A stretch of 52,356 bases of DNA, from positions 1-52,356 of IMG/VR virus record IMGVR_UViG_3300021959_000062. One strand, 5' to 3'. The translations under genes were made by a program, and so were the position numbers. Positions 1 through 9,510 of this stretch are shown in pieces. Source of the stretch: a virus (Duplodnaviria; Caudoviricetes). Every line of letters begins with the position of its first letter. Positions within the stretch are counted from its first letter, which is position 1. Below the pieces are notes generated by a model. It had not been told where the DNA came from, did not search any database, and saw only the letters and a program-made list of their open reading frames with translations.

Positions 1-3000
1 CTATAATATCTCCAACACTAGATCCAGACTTTAAATCCTTCTCAATTAATTGTAATATACCATCAGCTACAGGTTTAAACTGTTTACTAATCTGATCAGC
101 TCTGACGCTATTTTGTTGGGCTATGGCATTAGCTCTAAAGTTAGAATCAAAGGATGCTCTCATATAAGCAAAGAAACCTTGAGATTCTAAAATTTGACTT
201 CTTTGTACAGAAGCTGTGTCTCCGCCAGACAGTAATACATCTAGTGCATTTGTCCAAAATAATTTAGCAGATTCATTTTGTATTTCTAGTCCTTTGGCAA
301 GAGAATCTCCTGCTTCTAATAACTTAGTTTCAATTGTATTTCTAATATTGATATTGCCAATATCTTTTTCTAATGCTTTGAAAGACTCAGTTACTTTTTC
401 TATAGCTCTTTCGCTATCTTTAAATGCTTTATCAATTTTAAATTGTCTAGCAGCATTGCTTGCGTCGATAAAAGCTTGTCCAACAGCTAGGGCTGCACTT
501 GCAGCTAAACCTACGCCAGCACCTAAAGCCTTAAACTTATCTGGAAGTAAATCAACAGCAGCTCCAGTAGCTATTTGTCCAGCACCGAAAGCTAAACCAC
601 CACCTTGTAATCCCGCATTAAATCCTGCTCCGCCTGCTGTGCTTGCTTCACTTAAAGATGCAGCAGCACTAGTTAATAAACTTACTCCTATACCTAATTG
701 ATTGGATATCTTACCTAATCCTCTACCAAAATCTCCGGGACCTTTAGCTCCTTGGCTTCGAGCTACTTGGTCAACAATCTTACGTCTTTCTGCAACTTCT
801 TGTTTTGCTATTCTTGTTGCATCTTTTAGTGATTTACCTTGTGCTCGAAGTTGATTCTTTCTCTCATTAATCTGGAACTTATCCATTTGATTAAGAGTTT
901 TACGATCTCTACTAGCTTGAGCTATGTATGCTTGTATATCTTTAGTTTCTATATCGCCAGATTTTGCTAAACTAGCGACACCACCTAAACCAGTTTTACT
1001 AGCAGCTTTACGCAGATCTTGACCACGATCTAATCTGTTAGAAAGATTTTGCAGTTGCTCACCTGATGCACCCTTAAGAGCACTAGAAACTTTTTGAGCA
1101 CCTGCTGCTTGTTTCTTAAGAGCTTTGATATTTGCATCTATAGATTTAGTACTAGCACCTATAGATTTAGCTCTAAACTTATCAGCTTCTAATGCTTCTA
1201 GGGCAGACTGATATGTAACCTGCTGTCCAGATTCTATCAGAGCCGCCGCCGAACTACTTGCTATACCAAGCTCTTGAATTTCATCACCGACTGCTGATAT
1301 CAATGTAAGATCATTTCTACTAATACCAATTGTATCCATAGTAGAACCTGGTCTTGCTGGTGCAGATCCGCCATTTGCAAACCCTACAAAACCACCACGA
1401 TTATATCCTTTGATTCTATCTGCATTGTTTAGTTTATTTAATGTTCTAGTGCCTAGCTTTGATGCCGAACTTTTATTAATTACAAACTCGCCGGGTGTGA
1501 GCATAGCAGGGACAGTGTCTTGAACATTGCCACCACTTGCATATCCTCTAATAAAACCTCCAAGAGCTCGATTGTTTAGCATCTCTCTTCTTCTATTACT
1601 TAATCTACGCCTACCAGATTTGCCATCTTTTGTATATGCAGATTCTTCTTCAAATCCAGATGTTAATTCTTTTGCATCTTTTTTGGTAAAAGTTTGTTTT
1701 ATAGCAGCTTTAAGTTTATTAGGCAAAGATCGGCTAACTTGACGGTCTGTATCAAAATTTTTAGTTCCAGCTATTTGATTAGCCAAATTTTGACTTAAAA
1801 GTTGTTCACCCTCTTGTAAAATATTGAACGCTTTTGATTGTGATCTTCCTTTAAAACCATAAACCTTAGATCCTTTACCAGATTTTAATAAAGTACCAAA
1901 AACACGATTATTTTTAATATAATTTGCAAGCGTCTTGCCATCAGCACCTTTACCGTCCTTTTGATTTCCACCACCTTTAGCCCAATTTAAATTCCAGTTA
2001 GCAGGCAGATCCAATCCCATATTGGTATAAACTTTTCTGAAACCCTTAGGTAGACCACTTGTGCTACCACTGTCTAGGTGTGTAAAATGAACACCTCCCT
2101 GTGGTGTAAGATTATCAAAATCTTTTTTCGTCTTTTTATTCTTACCACCATTACCAAACTTATTCATCTTGTGTAGACGTTTTGTTCCAAGGGTTGCTAC
2201 AGCTTTCTTGCGAATAACAAACTCTCCTGGTTGTAACATAGCAGGAACAGTATCTCCGCTACCTGTGCCGGGAACTACTCCACCTCTGGCAAATCTAGGA
2301 ATAGGTCCACCTTCAGATCTCTTAAATACTCCACCGAAACCTTTAGTAAATCCAGCTAAAGCACTAAGACCTTTCATAGCTCCTAATCCAGCTAATAAAG
2401 GAAGAACACCTTTTAGTGCATCTGCTACGCCGATAAATACTCTACTTAAATCTAAGCCTAAAGTTAATAAAGTTCTAAATCCTGTAGAATCAGATATACT
2501 TCTAACAAGAGCTGTAAATTCTTCACGAACTTTTTGTATCTGTACAGCTAACGCCAGCTGACCTTTTGCTGCGTCCTTACTTAATGAACCACTACCTCGT
2601 TGTGCAACATTAAGTGCTTGTTGTGCTGTGCCGAATTGCTGAATAAGTGGCAGAACCTTACCGATTTGACGAAAACCACCAAGTTCTTCTGCTATACCTG
2701 CAAATTTAAGATCTCTGGTATCTAGACTTCTTAAGCCTTCACTTAATAATTGTATAGCTTTGTAAGGACCAACAAACTTACCTTCAAGATCTGTAAGTGT
2801 AACACCAAACGCTTTAAGCGCATCAATAGTGTCTTGTCTTTGTAGACGAGTGAAGATCGTTCTCAAACCAGTAGCAATAGTTTCTGCGCTTTCACGAGAA
2901 GTAGCACGAACACTAGTAAAGACTGCTATAAATTCATTTAGAGCAGCTGTGCCTTGAGACACACCTTTACTAGCAGATGCAAACACACCACCAGTACGCT

Positions 3001-3850
3001 GAATAGCAGTAATAATATCACTAGCTTCAACAGCAAACTTACCTGCAACAGCATTGATACTACCTAAAGCACCTTCTAATTCTCCAGCAGAAATACTGAA
3101 CTGTCTCATAGCAGCAATTGCACCTTCAGTAGTATTAGTAAGACTAGCAAATGTTGGAGCTAATGCACTTTTTGCTAAAGCCTCAAGAGCTTTACGAGTA
3201 TCAGCAGCTTGTATACCAGCCTGAGATAATGTAACAGTAACGTTTGCAAGTTCTGTACTAGACACACCTAGCGATGTAGACAAAGCTGTTATGCTGTTAT
3301 CCAAACCTTTTAAAGAGGCTCGACTAGTATCTAACACCTGACTAACTCTAGTTAACTGTCTGTCATATTCTAGGAATGATTTTACGCTTGCAGTAATTGC
3401 ATTGTTAACAGCATATATAGCACCAGTAACCACACTAAATGCAGCAAACCTTTTGATGGCTAAACCACCTAGCTTACCGAACTCTTCAAATTCATTCTTA
3501 GCTTGTTGTACAGCTTTGGTCGTTGTAACAACAGACTTGGTTGTATTATTCATACCCGAAGCAATATTAGGAGAAATTTTAACATTTCCCACACTTCTCA
3601 TAGAAGCAGACAACTTATTAAATGCTGCTGTGGCATTACTGGCATTTTTAACAGTTGTTTGTAATGTTTTGTTAATTGCTGCAAGTCTAGTATTAGCTTG
3701 CTGCATACCTTGAATATTCTTTTTATTAATATTTATATTAAGGTTGGTATTAATTCCTTGCAGTTGTTTGCGTATACCACCAACAACCTGCCTAATGTTA
3801 GACGGTCCTCTAAGATTTAATTCAGCTGTAAGTTGGAATCCTTTTGCCAT
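1..3850 (-). CDS. Tail tape measure protein (TP901-like core), 3' truncated by window edge
   Basis: Missing from the ORF track, presumably because no stop lies in the window. ATG at 3850 follows a GAGG RBS, and the same frame is still coding at the edge (...KSGSSVGDII). It reads MAKGFQLTAELNLRGP, then an Ala/Leu-rich helical TMP core (ESAETIATGLRTIFTRLQR) and two DTVPAMLxPGEFVI motifs. It lies downstream of the tail tube and chaperone genes. Confidence 0.92.
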   Translation of the reverse strand, partial: MAKGFQLTAELNLRGPSNIRQVVGGIRKQLQGINTNLNININKKNIQGMQQANTRLAAINKTLQTTVKNASNATAAFNKLSASMRSVGNVKISPNIASGMNNTTKSVVTTTKAVQQAKNEFEEFGKLGGLAIKRFAAFSVVTGAIYAVNNAITASVKSFLEYDRQLTRVSQVLDTSRASLKGLDNSITALSTSLGVSSTELANVTVTLSQAGIQAADTRKALEALAKSALAPTFASLTNTTEGAIAAMRQFSISAGELEGALGSINAVAGKFAVEASDIITAIQRTGGVFASASKGVSQGTAALNEFIAVFTSVRATSRESAETIATGLRTIFTRLQRQDTIDALKAFGVTLTDLEGKFVGPYKAIQLLSEGLRSLDTRDLKFAGIAEELGGFRQIGKVLPLIQQFGTAQQALNVAQRGSGSLSKDAAKGQLALAVQIQKVREEFTALVRSISDSTGFRTLLTLGLDLSRVFIGVADALKGVLPLLAGLGAMKGLSALAGFTKGFGGVFKRSEGGPIPRFARGGVVPGTGSGDTVPAMLQPGEFVIRKKAVATLGTKRLHKMNKFGNGGKNKKTKKDFDNLTPQGGVHFTHLDSGSTSGLPKGFRKVYTNMGLDLPANWNLNWAKGGGNQKDGKGADGKTLANYIKNNRVFGTLLKSGKGSKVYGFKGRSQSKAFNILQEGEQLLSQNLANQIAGTKNFDTDRQVSRSLPNKLKAAIKQTFTKKDAKELTSGFEEESAYTKDGKSGRRRLSNRRREMLNNRALGGFIRGYASGGNVQDTVPAMLTPGEFVINKSSASKLGTRTLNKLNNADRIKGYNRGGFVGFANGGSAPARPGSTMDTIGISRNDLTLISAVGDEIQELGIASSSAAALIESGQQVTYQSALEALEADKFRAKSIGASTKSIDANIKALKKQAAGAQKVSSALKGASGEQLQNLSNRLDRGQDLRKAASKTGLGGVASLAKSGDIETKDIQAYIAQASRDRKTLNQMDKFQINERKNQLRAQGKSLKDATRIAKQEVAERRKIVDQVARSQGAKGPGDFGRGLGKISNQLGIGVSLLTSAAASLSEASTAGGAGFNAGLQGGGLAFGAGQIATGAAVDLLPDKFKALGAGVGLAASAALAVGQAFIDASNAARQFKIDKAFKDSERAIEKVTESFKALEKDIGNINIRNTIETKLLEAGDSLAKGLEIQNESAKLFWTNALDVLLSGGDTASVQRSQILESQGFFAYMRASFDSNFRANAIAQQNSVRADQISKQFKPVADGILQLIEKDLKSGSSVGDII

Positions 3851-3862
3851 TTATGTTACCTC

Positions 3863-3901
3863 AAAAAAATAACGCCATACCGTTATACAGCATAGCGTTA
3901 T
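3863..3901 (-). terminator. Rho-independent terminator-like hairpin directly upstream of the TMP RBS
   Basis: Minus strand ATAACGCTATGCTG-TATAA-CGGTATGGCGTTAT followed by a T run: 14 bp stem with G-U pairs. Confidence 0.8.
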
Positions 3902-3933
3902 CAAAAGAAATTATATTTATCAAAGAAAGAGTA

Positions 3934-4821
3934 TTACTCTGATGATTCAGTTTTGGAGTCTGCCTCCTTGTCCTTATCCTTGTCTTCAGATTTTGGTGCT
4001 TCATCTTCTTTAGTCTCTTTTTCTTCTTCAAGAACTACTGGTTTACCATCATCATCTAAAAACGGCTCAGCATCAACAACATATTCACCTTCTTTGTCGA
4101 CCGGATTTCCGTCTTTATCAACAAAACTGCCTTGTTCATCAATATATCGACCATCTTCATTAACCAAACGACCTTCGCTATCAATTGTTCTACCCTGCTT
4201 ATCAATGAACCTCAAATCGTCGTTTACAAATTTATATTTCTTCAAAAATTTATTTTCTGGTAAGCCTTTCTCAAAGTCATTATCCAGACCGTAAATAATA
4301 TTTGCCAATTTACTCGCACCAGCCAAAGCTACAGGATCATCCATCCTGTTCATGTAATCTTCCAAGTCTTTAAAATAAGGTTTATCATTCTCCTTATACA
4401 CCACACAAGAGCTAACTAAATAGTTAAATCTAGCATTATCTGCTTGACCTTCTGCACTATGATTATCCAAACTCGTTCTAACACTTATTAAGTCTCTAAT
4501 TTCTAATCTTACATCTCGCATCTTAAGAGCTAATTTCTTAGCGTCAATTAATGCGAAACCTCCCTTAGCCAACTTCTTTTCACCCTCTAAAAGTTCTTCT
4601 TGAAGCTTTTCGTACTTCTTTTGCTTCTCTTTATTCCATAATCCTTGGTCTTCAAGAACATCATCCATTTTAGCTCTAACCACACTATTGCTCTTGATGG
4701 CGTCTGTAAAAGCAGTATTATATGCTTTTTGCGCTTCTCTTTGATCCGTTAGGGATGGAGAACGCACTGTAAAAGTTTGTTCTTTTCCGTCTACCTCTAC
4801 TTTAATATCCTCAGTTTTCAT
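3934..4821 (-). CDS. Putative tail assembly chaperone (gpG-like) with 7-aa DxxG repeats and acidic tail
   Basis: 295 aa ORF between tail tube and TMP; helical N-terminal part; paralogous to 5149-6183 by manual alignment. Confidence 0.55.
   Translation of the reverse strand: MKTEDIKVEVDGKEQTFTVRSPSLTDQREAQKAYNTAFTDAIKSNSVVRAKMDDVLEDQGLWNKEKQKKYEKLQEELLEGEKKLAKGGFALIDAKKLALKMRDVRLEIRDLISVRTSLDNHSAEGQADNARFNYLVSSCVVYKENDKPYFKDLEDYMNRMDDPVALAGASKLANIIYGLDNDFEKGLPENKFLKKYKFVNDDLRFIDKQGRTIDSEGRLVNEDGRYIDEQGSFVDKDGNPVDKEGEYVVDAEPFLDDDGKPVVLEEEKETKEDEAPKSEDKDKDKEADSKTESSE
4078..4209 (-). repeat. Six tandem 7-aa repeats (I/V)(D/N)xxGxx in the 295 aa protein
   Basis: FIDKQGR-TIDSEGR-LVNEDGR-YIDEQGS-FVDKDGN-PVDKEGE. 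Confidence 0.85.
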
Positions 4822-5146
4822 AATCTGAACCTTTCTTATTTTTAGGATCTTCTATTTGTGTATGAAATTTAGTTTGCATTGTCAGTGGTATGGCTCCAGC
4901 CTGCCTGATATGATCAGCAGAATGCCTCATATAGTCCTGTTTTAAATTTCTAATCTCTTTATTGCCCTGATTTAATATAGAGTTGCGAGTGTCATCCCAC
5001 AAGTCTGCAAATGCTTCTTCTTGCTCTGTTAGTGGACCATCTTTAAAATGACCCCATAAATGTCCAAAACTATTTTCCATTTTAGATAATGCACCTATCA
5101 TGGTAGTCTGTACTCTTCTACAACTTTGTTCTAAAAATTTATCCAT
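4811..5146 (-). CDS. Hypothetical protein (tail module)
   Basis: 111 aa ORF; AGGA RBS; tightly coupled to both neighbours. Confidence 0.75.
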   Translation of the reverse strand: MDKFLEQSCRRVQTTMIGALSKMENSFGHLWGHFKDGPLTEQEEAFADLWDDTRNSILNQGNKEIRNLKQDYMRHSADHIRQAGAIPLTMQTKFHTQIEDPKNKKGSDYEN

Positions 5147-5148
5147 TG

Positions 5149-6183
5149 TTATTTCCTTTTATTTAGTTCTGCTATCTTATTACGCATTTCTGCTTGAGTA
5201 TCAGCAAATTCGCTATCTTTTTTTAGCTCTCCTGGTTTCAAATTACGACGAGCATTTATTTTACCCATCGCTTTTTGTGAATTTAATTCATTAATCTGAT
5301 CAAATTCTTCCTCATCTTTAGGCATAAGAAAAACTTCTTGAGCATTCTGTCCATACTTCCCTAATACATTATTTACACCCTTTTCTGATTTTTCCTTTGC
5401 ATTTTTCTTTTGTTGCTCTAACATCCATCCATCTAAAGCATCGTCATCTTCGATAATAGCATCATCAGGACATTCTGGATGTTCATAAATTTTAGTATAC
5501 ATTTGATTAATGCTTAATACAGCCTTTTGTTCTTCTGTATGTTCTGATGCAGATCGGTTGAATATATTTGTAGGATTAGAATTATAAAGTTTTCTCCAAA
5601 CATCACTCTTAACTATCTGTTTGTATTTATTAACAGGGATTATGTTTTGAGCAATCTCTTGTGCTATGTTGTTAAATAGTATATGATTTATATTTGGATA
5701 ATCCTCAAAGATCAAATTATTATTCTTGTCCATAAGAGTATTACATAAAATATACTCGTTTTTTATATTCTCACAATAATGTTCTAATGTTAAAAAGTCT
5801 AAATATTGTTTATCATTATATGCTTTATGCAAAAGAGCCTCTATGGATCTTATTTTTTTTTGATTTCTAGACCTGACAGACTTTTGAAAAAATTGCTTGT
5901 AATATTGTATTTTGGTATTTTCTAGAGTTTTTTCTGTGGTCTTTATTTGTTCATCTATATCTTTAGAAATCATATTGGTAGAAATCAAGAAATAGTGAAT
6001 ATCTTCCTTGTGGATAAAGTCAGAAAAAAGATTATCCTGATAAGTCTTATGATATAGATAATCAGCGGCCATCTTAAGGTCAACGGTCGGACTTATTAAT
6101 TTATATAAATTATTTTTTATCTCTATAAATTGATAGCCGCTAATTATTCTATTTATTAATGTATCCAGTTCGTGATCATTCAC
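5149..6183 (-). CDS. Putative tail assembly chaperone (gpGT-like paralog)
   Basis: 344 aa ORF right after the tail tube. Its N-half aligns with 3934-4821; its own C-half carries HPECPDDAIIEDDDALDGW. Confidence 0.5.
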   Translation of the reverse strand: MNDHELDTLINRIISGYQFIEIKNNLYKLISPTVDLKMAADYLYHKTYQDNLFSDFIHKEDIHYFLISTNMISKDIDEQIKTTEKTLENTKIQYYKQFFQKSVRSRNQKKIRSIEALLHKAYNDKQYLDFLTLEHYCENIKNEYILCNTLMDKNNNLIFEDYPNINHILFNNIAQEIAQNIIPVNKYKQIVKSDVWRKLYNSNPTNIFNRSASEHTEEQKAVLSINQMYTKIYEHPECPDDAIIEDDDALDGWMLEQQKKNAKEKSEKGVNNVLGKYGQNAQEVFLMPKDEEEFDQINELNSQKAMGKINARRNLKPGELKKDSEFADTQAEMRNKIAELNKRK

Positions 6184-6215
6184 ATCCGTCCTAACTGTCC
6201 CTGATTTTAACTAAA

Positions 6216-7310
6216 TTATGAAAACTTCTTTCTTCCATAATTATCAAGATCTACTTGTTCCATGTCGTCAAAGCCAACGGTGGTTACATCTGGATCATTA
6301 CTGACACCTGTATACTTAAACTCACTATAATTAATATAGCTGAACGTATATGTTACATTGTCACCACCAGCATCTCCACCACTTTGACTAACAGAATTAA
6401 GCTTGTTCTTAGTACCTAAGTCTAATGTCAGACCATCACACAACTTAAGCTTAATCTGTTTGTCTGCTAGAGCCTTTGGATTTTCGCAGTTGGTGTCGGT
6501 CTCAGTTGCACCTACTTGATCACCCTTAGCACTAATAAATTCAAACTCACTGTTAACTTCAACAGGGAAGTTGATATATCTGGTAAAAGGAAGTCTTTCA
6601 CCAAGCTGGAAGATTTCTTCACGACCAAGGTCAACACTAACACTAACACTTTGAAGTCTAAAGCCTGCTGGTAATGAACCACTTGCAAATCCACCACCAT
6701 TAGCTCCACCTGCACCAGTTGGGAATACTGAATTAGTGAGGTCAAACATCTGACGTCTTGCAATACCTGTTAGACTTGCATCTGGTGGGTCAGTATTGGT
6801 GACATTGTTGCTGGTTGACCATTGTTTACTATTAGCAACGATACTAACTTCTTCAGTAAATGCTCCATCAGAAGGGAAATTATAAGTAACACTACTAAGA
6901 TAAGCAGGCATCATTTCGCAAATTGCACTTGGAACTCCGGTAGCAGCATTAAAAGTCTGAGGATAAATTTGTAGTAAAACAGCACTACGAGCATCACTAA
7001 CCTCAGCAAGTGTCTTTGCTGTAGAGGCATTCATCATTCGTTCGTAAACAGTAGTGGTTCCATCTAGCTGTTTGGTAACACTAACTTCAACATCTGGTAC
7101 ATCTTCAAAAAGGTCACCAGGAGCTAAACGACCAAGCTGATAAACAGGGTCTAGATTGAAATTGGTAGTAATACCAACACTTTGAATACCATTGAGTGTT
7201 TTGTATGATTGAGAGGGGCTGCTGTCAGCTGATCCGGAGGATGCTCCGAATGATACTTTTTGACATGCATAGAATGTCCTAACAGATGCGGTATCAGAAT
7301 TTAATGTCAT
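6216..7310 (-). CDS. Major tail (tube) protein
   Basis: 364 aa beta-rich ORF with internal duplication (IQSVGITTNFNLDPVYQLG / LQSVSVSVDLGREEIFQLG); strong GGAGAAT RBS; lies between tail completion and chaperone genes. Confidence 0.75.
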   Translation of the reverse strand: MTLNSDTASVRTFYACQKVSFGASSGSADSSPSQSYKTLNGIQSVGITTNFNLDPVYQLGRLAPGDLFEDVPDVEVSVTKQLDGTTTVYERMMNASTAKTLAEVSDARSAVLLQIYPQTFNAATGVPSAICEMMPAYLSSVTYNFPSDGAFTEEVSIVANSKQWSTSNNVTNTDPPDASLTGIARRQMFDLTNSVFPTGAGGANGGGFASGSLPAGFRLQSVSVSVDLGREEIFQLGERLPFTRYINFPVEVNSEFEFISAKGDQVGATETDTNCENPKALADKQIKLKLCDGLTLDLGTKNKLNSVSQSGGDAGGDNVTYTFSYINYSEFKYTGVSNDPDVTTVGFDDMEQVDLDNYGRKKFS

Positions 7311-7348
7311 TGTGAATTCTCCGGATTGAAATTATAGAGGAAAATAAC

Positions 7349-8332
7349 TTATATAAGTGTTTCGGTCGTTAATCTTATTGTACACCAATAAATATTTTTA
7401 TTTCTACTTTCCATGTCTAGGAGGTCTAATTCCTTAATATAGAAATTTTTCCAAAAATAAGGGCTATTTCCGCTAGAAAGCTCATGATATGATGATCCGT
7501 TGGGATTGATAGAACCCTTATGGTCTAGAGGATAAACACCACTATCGACAACTTTATTTATGTCGTACATGTTGATTGTATTTTCTTTTTGTAGTCGTAA
7601 TATGTCTACGATTCTGTTTTTATGAGCACCATTCTCTGCAAATACATGCAGTAATATATCTTGACTAACCATAAAGTCATGACCACCAAGCTGAAATGGT
7701 TGAGAAAAGCTTCTGGCTATAGGTTCAATAATAATAGCAGGCATCTGGATACGATGGTTAGACGAGACGCTATAATCACCACTTTTGGCCTGATTTAATG
7801 ATGGAGAAGGTTTGTAGGTTAATTCTTGTAATTCTTTCCAGTGTGGATCAGTACTAGATTTATATATTTGGCACCATCTATATGCATGACTCAAACTAAC
7901 CTTGGAAGTCTTAGAAATAGCTTTATCGAAAACTATCTGTCCTTGTGGATAATTTATGTAATATCCTGTAGTTGCCACTCCTGTTGGACCTGATATAAAG
8001 TTATTATTTATAGTCACACCAGATATAGCATTCGCTGTATTATTGTCAAAATAACCATCATTCCAATAAAACCCACTTTGCCAAACCCAATCTTTTTTAG
8101 CACTTTGCCACACTTGACCGTCTTTATATCCAGGAATTGATGTAGTTTTTAGTTCGTGAAAAGTACCCCCATATAATCCACTAGTAGGGGTGTCTACATT
8201 GATATATCCTCCGATATTCAAAAAGCCCCAATCCAGATAAGCCTTGAGATTTTCTTCAAGCTCATCTATGAGTAGACTATCTCCTAGTCTGTCAACACCA
8301 TTAAATACTTTGTATGATGGTAAGAAAGTCAT
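7349..8332 (-). CDS. Putative tail terminator/completion protein
   Basis: 327 aa; IQMPAIIIE...QDILLHVFAE pattern resembles tail terminator folds; directly upstream of the tail tube. Confidence 0.55.
   Translation of the reverse strand: MTFLPSYKVFNGVDRLGDSLLIDELEENLKAYLDWGFLNIGGYINVDTPTSGLYGGTFHELKTTSIPGYKDGQVWQSAKKDWVWQSGFYWNDGYFDNNTANAISGVTINNNFISGPTGVATTGYYINYPQGQIVFDKAISKTSKVSLSHAYRWCQIYKSSTDPHWKELQELTYKPSPSLNQAKSGDYSVSSNHRIQMPAIIIEPIARSFSQPFQLGGHDFMVSQDILLHVFAENGAHKNRIVDILRLQKENTINMYDINKVVDSGVYPLDHKGSINPNGSSYHELSSGNSPYFWKNFYIKELDLLDMESRNKNIYWCTIRLTTETLI
7370..7386 (-). promoter_or_regulatory. Putative phage late promoter GGTGTA-N9-TA upstream of the tail tube gene
   Basis: GGTGTAcaataagatTA inside the 3' end of the upstream gene, about 70 nt before the ATG at 7310; the motif recurs before other module starts. 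Confidence 0.5.
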
Positions 8333-8973
8333 ATATTTTTCTCCAATGCTACTCGAATGATATTTTGCATTTTGGTGTCATCTAATCTACTAATAGCTCT
8401 ATACACCCAATTATTGCTTTCAGTTCCAGCAAACTTCGTTGGCATCCGATAGTTCTGCTTAGAACTAACCATAACAGCCATTCCTGTACGGGATCTTGGA
8501 TTAGGACCTATTAATATCTCATAGTCTTTTACTAGTATATCTCCACCTCTTAATAGTAGCCATTCCAGCCAAGGCACTAAAGAACCCGTATTACTGTCTT
8601 TTATTACTGAACCCGCTGACCCCAGAACATCTGAATAGTCACTTTTAATCATATCAATAGAAAATCCACCAGATAAAGAGTTGCCTTTAATAGTTACTTT
8701 TTTAGTATTTATACTTATACTATTAACCCAAATATCAACTATCCGATCAACTATACCTGGATTAGGAACACCAAGCTCATATTTTAATTGTCCTGAAATA
8801 AGAGACAAATACTCACCTTCTGCCTCTATAGATCTTTTAACAACAGCTTGCAGTTCTACAGAAGCATCCTTGCTAGCTTTACTTAATGCGGAATTTAATT
8901 GACTTGCTAATGCAGACAATATCTTATTTGTTATAGTTTTATCATTATCTAATAATTTAAAACTAAAATTCAT
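8329..8973 (-). CDS. Putative neck/tail completion protein
   Basis: ORF track starts at 8985 (GTG); ATG at 8973 gives an ATGA overlap with the upstream stop and is preferred. Function inferred from synteny. Confidence 0.5.
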   Translation of the reverse strand: MNFSFKLLDNDKTITNKILSALASQLNSALSKASKDASVELQAVVKRSIEAEGEYLSLISGQLKYELGVPNPGIVDRIVDIWVNSISINTKKVTIKGNSLSGGFSIDMIKSDYSDVLGSAGSVIKDSNTGSLVPWLEWLLLRGGDILVKDYEILIGPNPRSRTGMAVMVSSKQNYRMPTKFAGTESNNWVYRAISRLDDTKMQNIIRVALEKNI

Positions 8974-9488
8974 GATTTTTGCCACATACTAATAATATAA
9001 CTATTGGAGCCTAAGCCCACAGGAGTAGGTTCTCCAGCCAAACTATATCTATAATTATCGTAAGCAGATATACTGGTATCCATTATCATCTCTTTACAGT
9101 TACTAATTTTAGGCAGTGTGTCTATCTTAGATATGCTCTGAGCCATACCATCCGAAACCCTAGCTGATTTAGAATCCCAATTTAACCAATATTTGCTATC
9201 AAAAATAACAGCTAAATATATAGTTTCATCTGTGCTTGTTTCTATAAAACCAAAACCATTACAAACAGGACACATACTTTCTCTAGGAAAATTAATAGTC
9301 GGACTAGTTTTAGGTCTATTAGCAGATCTTTGTGTAATAGGATCGAACTCACAATTATAGCACAAATCCCTTTTACTATTCTCATATTTAAGAGTGCAAG
9401 GAACACTTAAGCCCTTCTGATCAATTAAGGTGTCTATTGAATCTGTAAAAAGTTTTTTAAATTCTGAACTAAGTAAGTTATCAAACAT
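8970..9488 (-). CDS. Putative head-closure (stopper) protein with zinc-finger insertion
   Basis: 172 aa; CYNC...CPVCNGFG; C-terminal YSLAGEPTPVGLG...YIISMW beta pattern; GAGG RBS; neck position. Confidence 0.55.
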   Translation of the reverse strand: MFDNLLSSEFKKLFTDSIDTLIDQKGLSVPCTLKYENSKRDLCYNCEFDPITQRSANRPKTSPTINFPRESMCPVCNGFGFIETSTDETIYLAVIFDSKYWLNWDSKSARVSDGMAQSISKIDTLPKISNCKEMIMDTSISAYDNYRYSLAGEPTPVGLGSNSYIISMWQKS

Positions 9489-9510
9489 TTTTTATACCTC
9501 TATTTTATTA

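Noticed and set aside
5853-5861. A9 run (A AAA AAA) in the 344 aa chaperone-like gene as a G/GT frameshift site
   Set aside because: The -1 frame stops within ~10 codons, similarity to the paralog continues in frame 0, and A runs are common in this AT-rich genome.
6216-9488. Contractile tail sheath gene
   Set aside because: No sheath-sized or sheath-like ORF near the tube gene; the layout fits a non-contractile tail.
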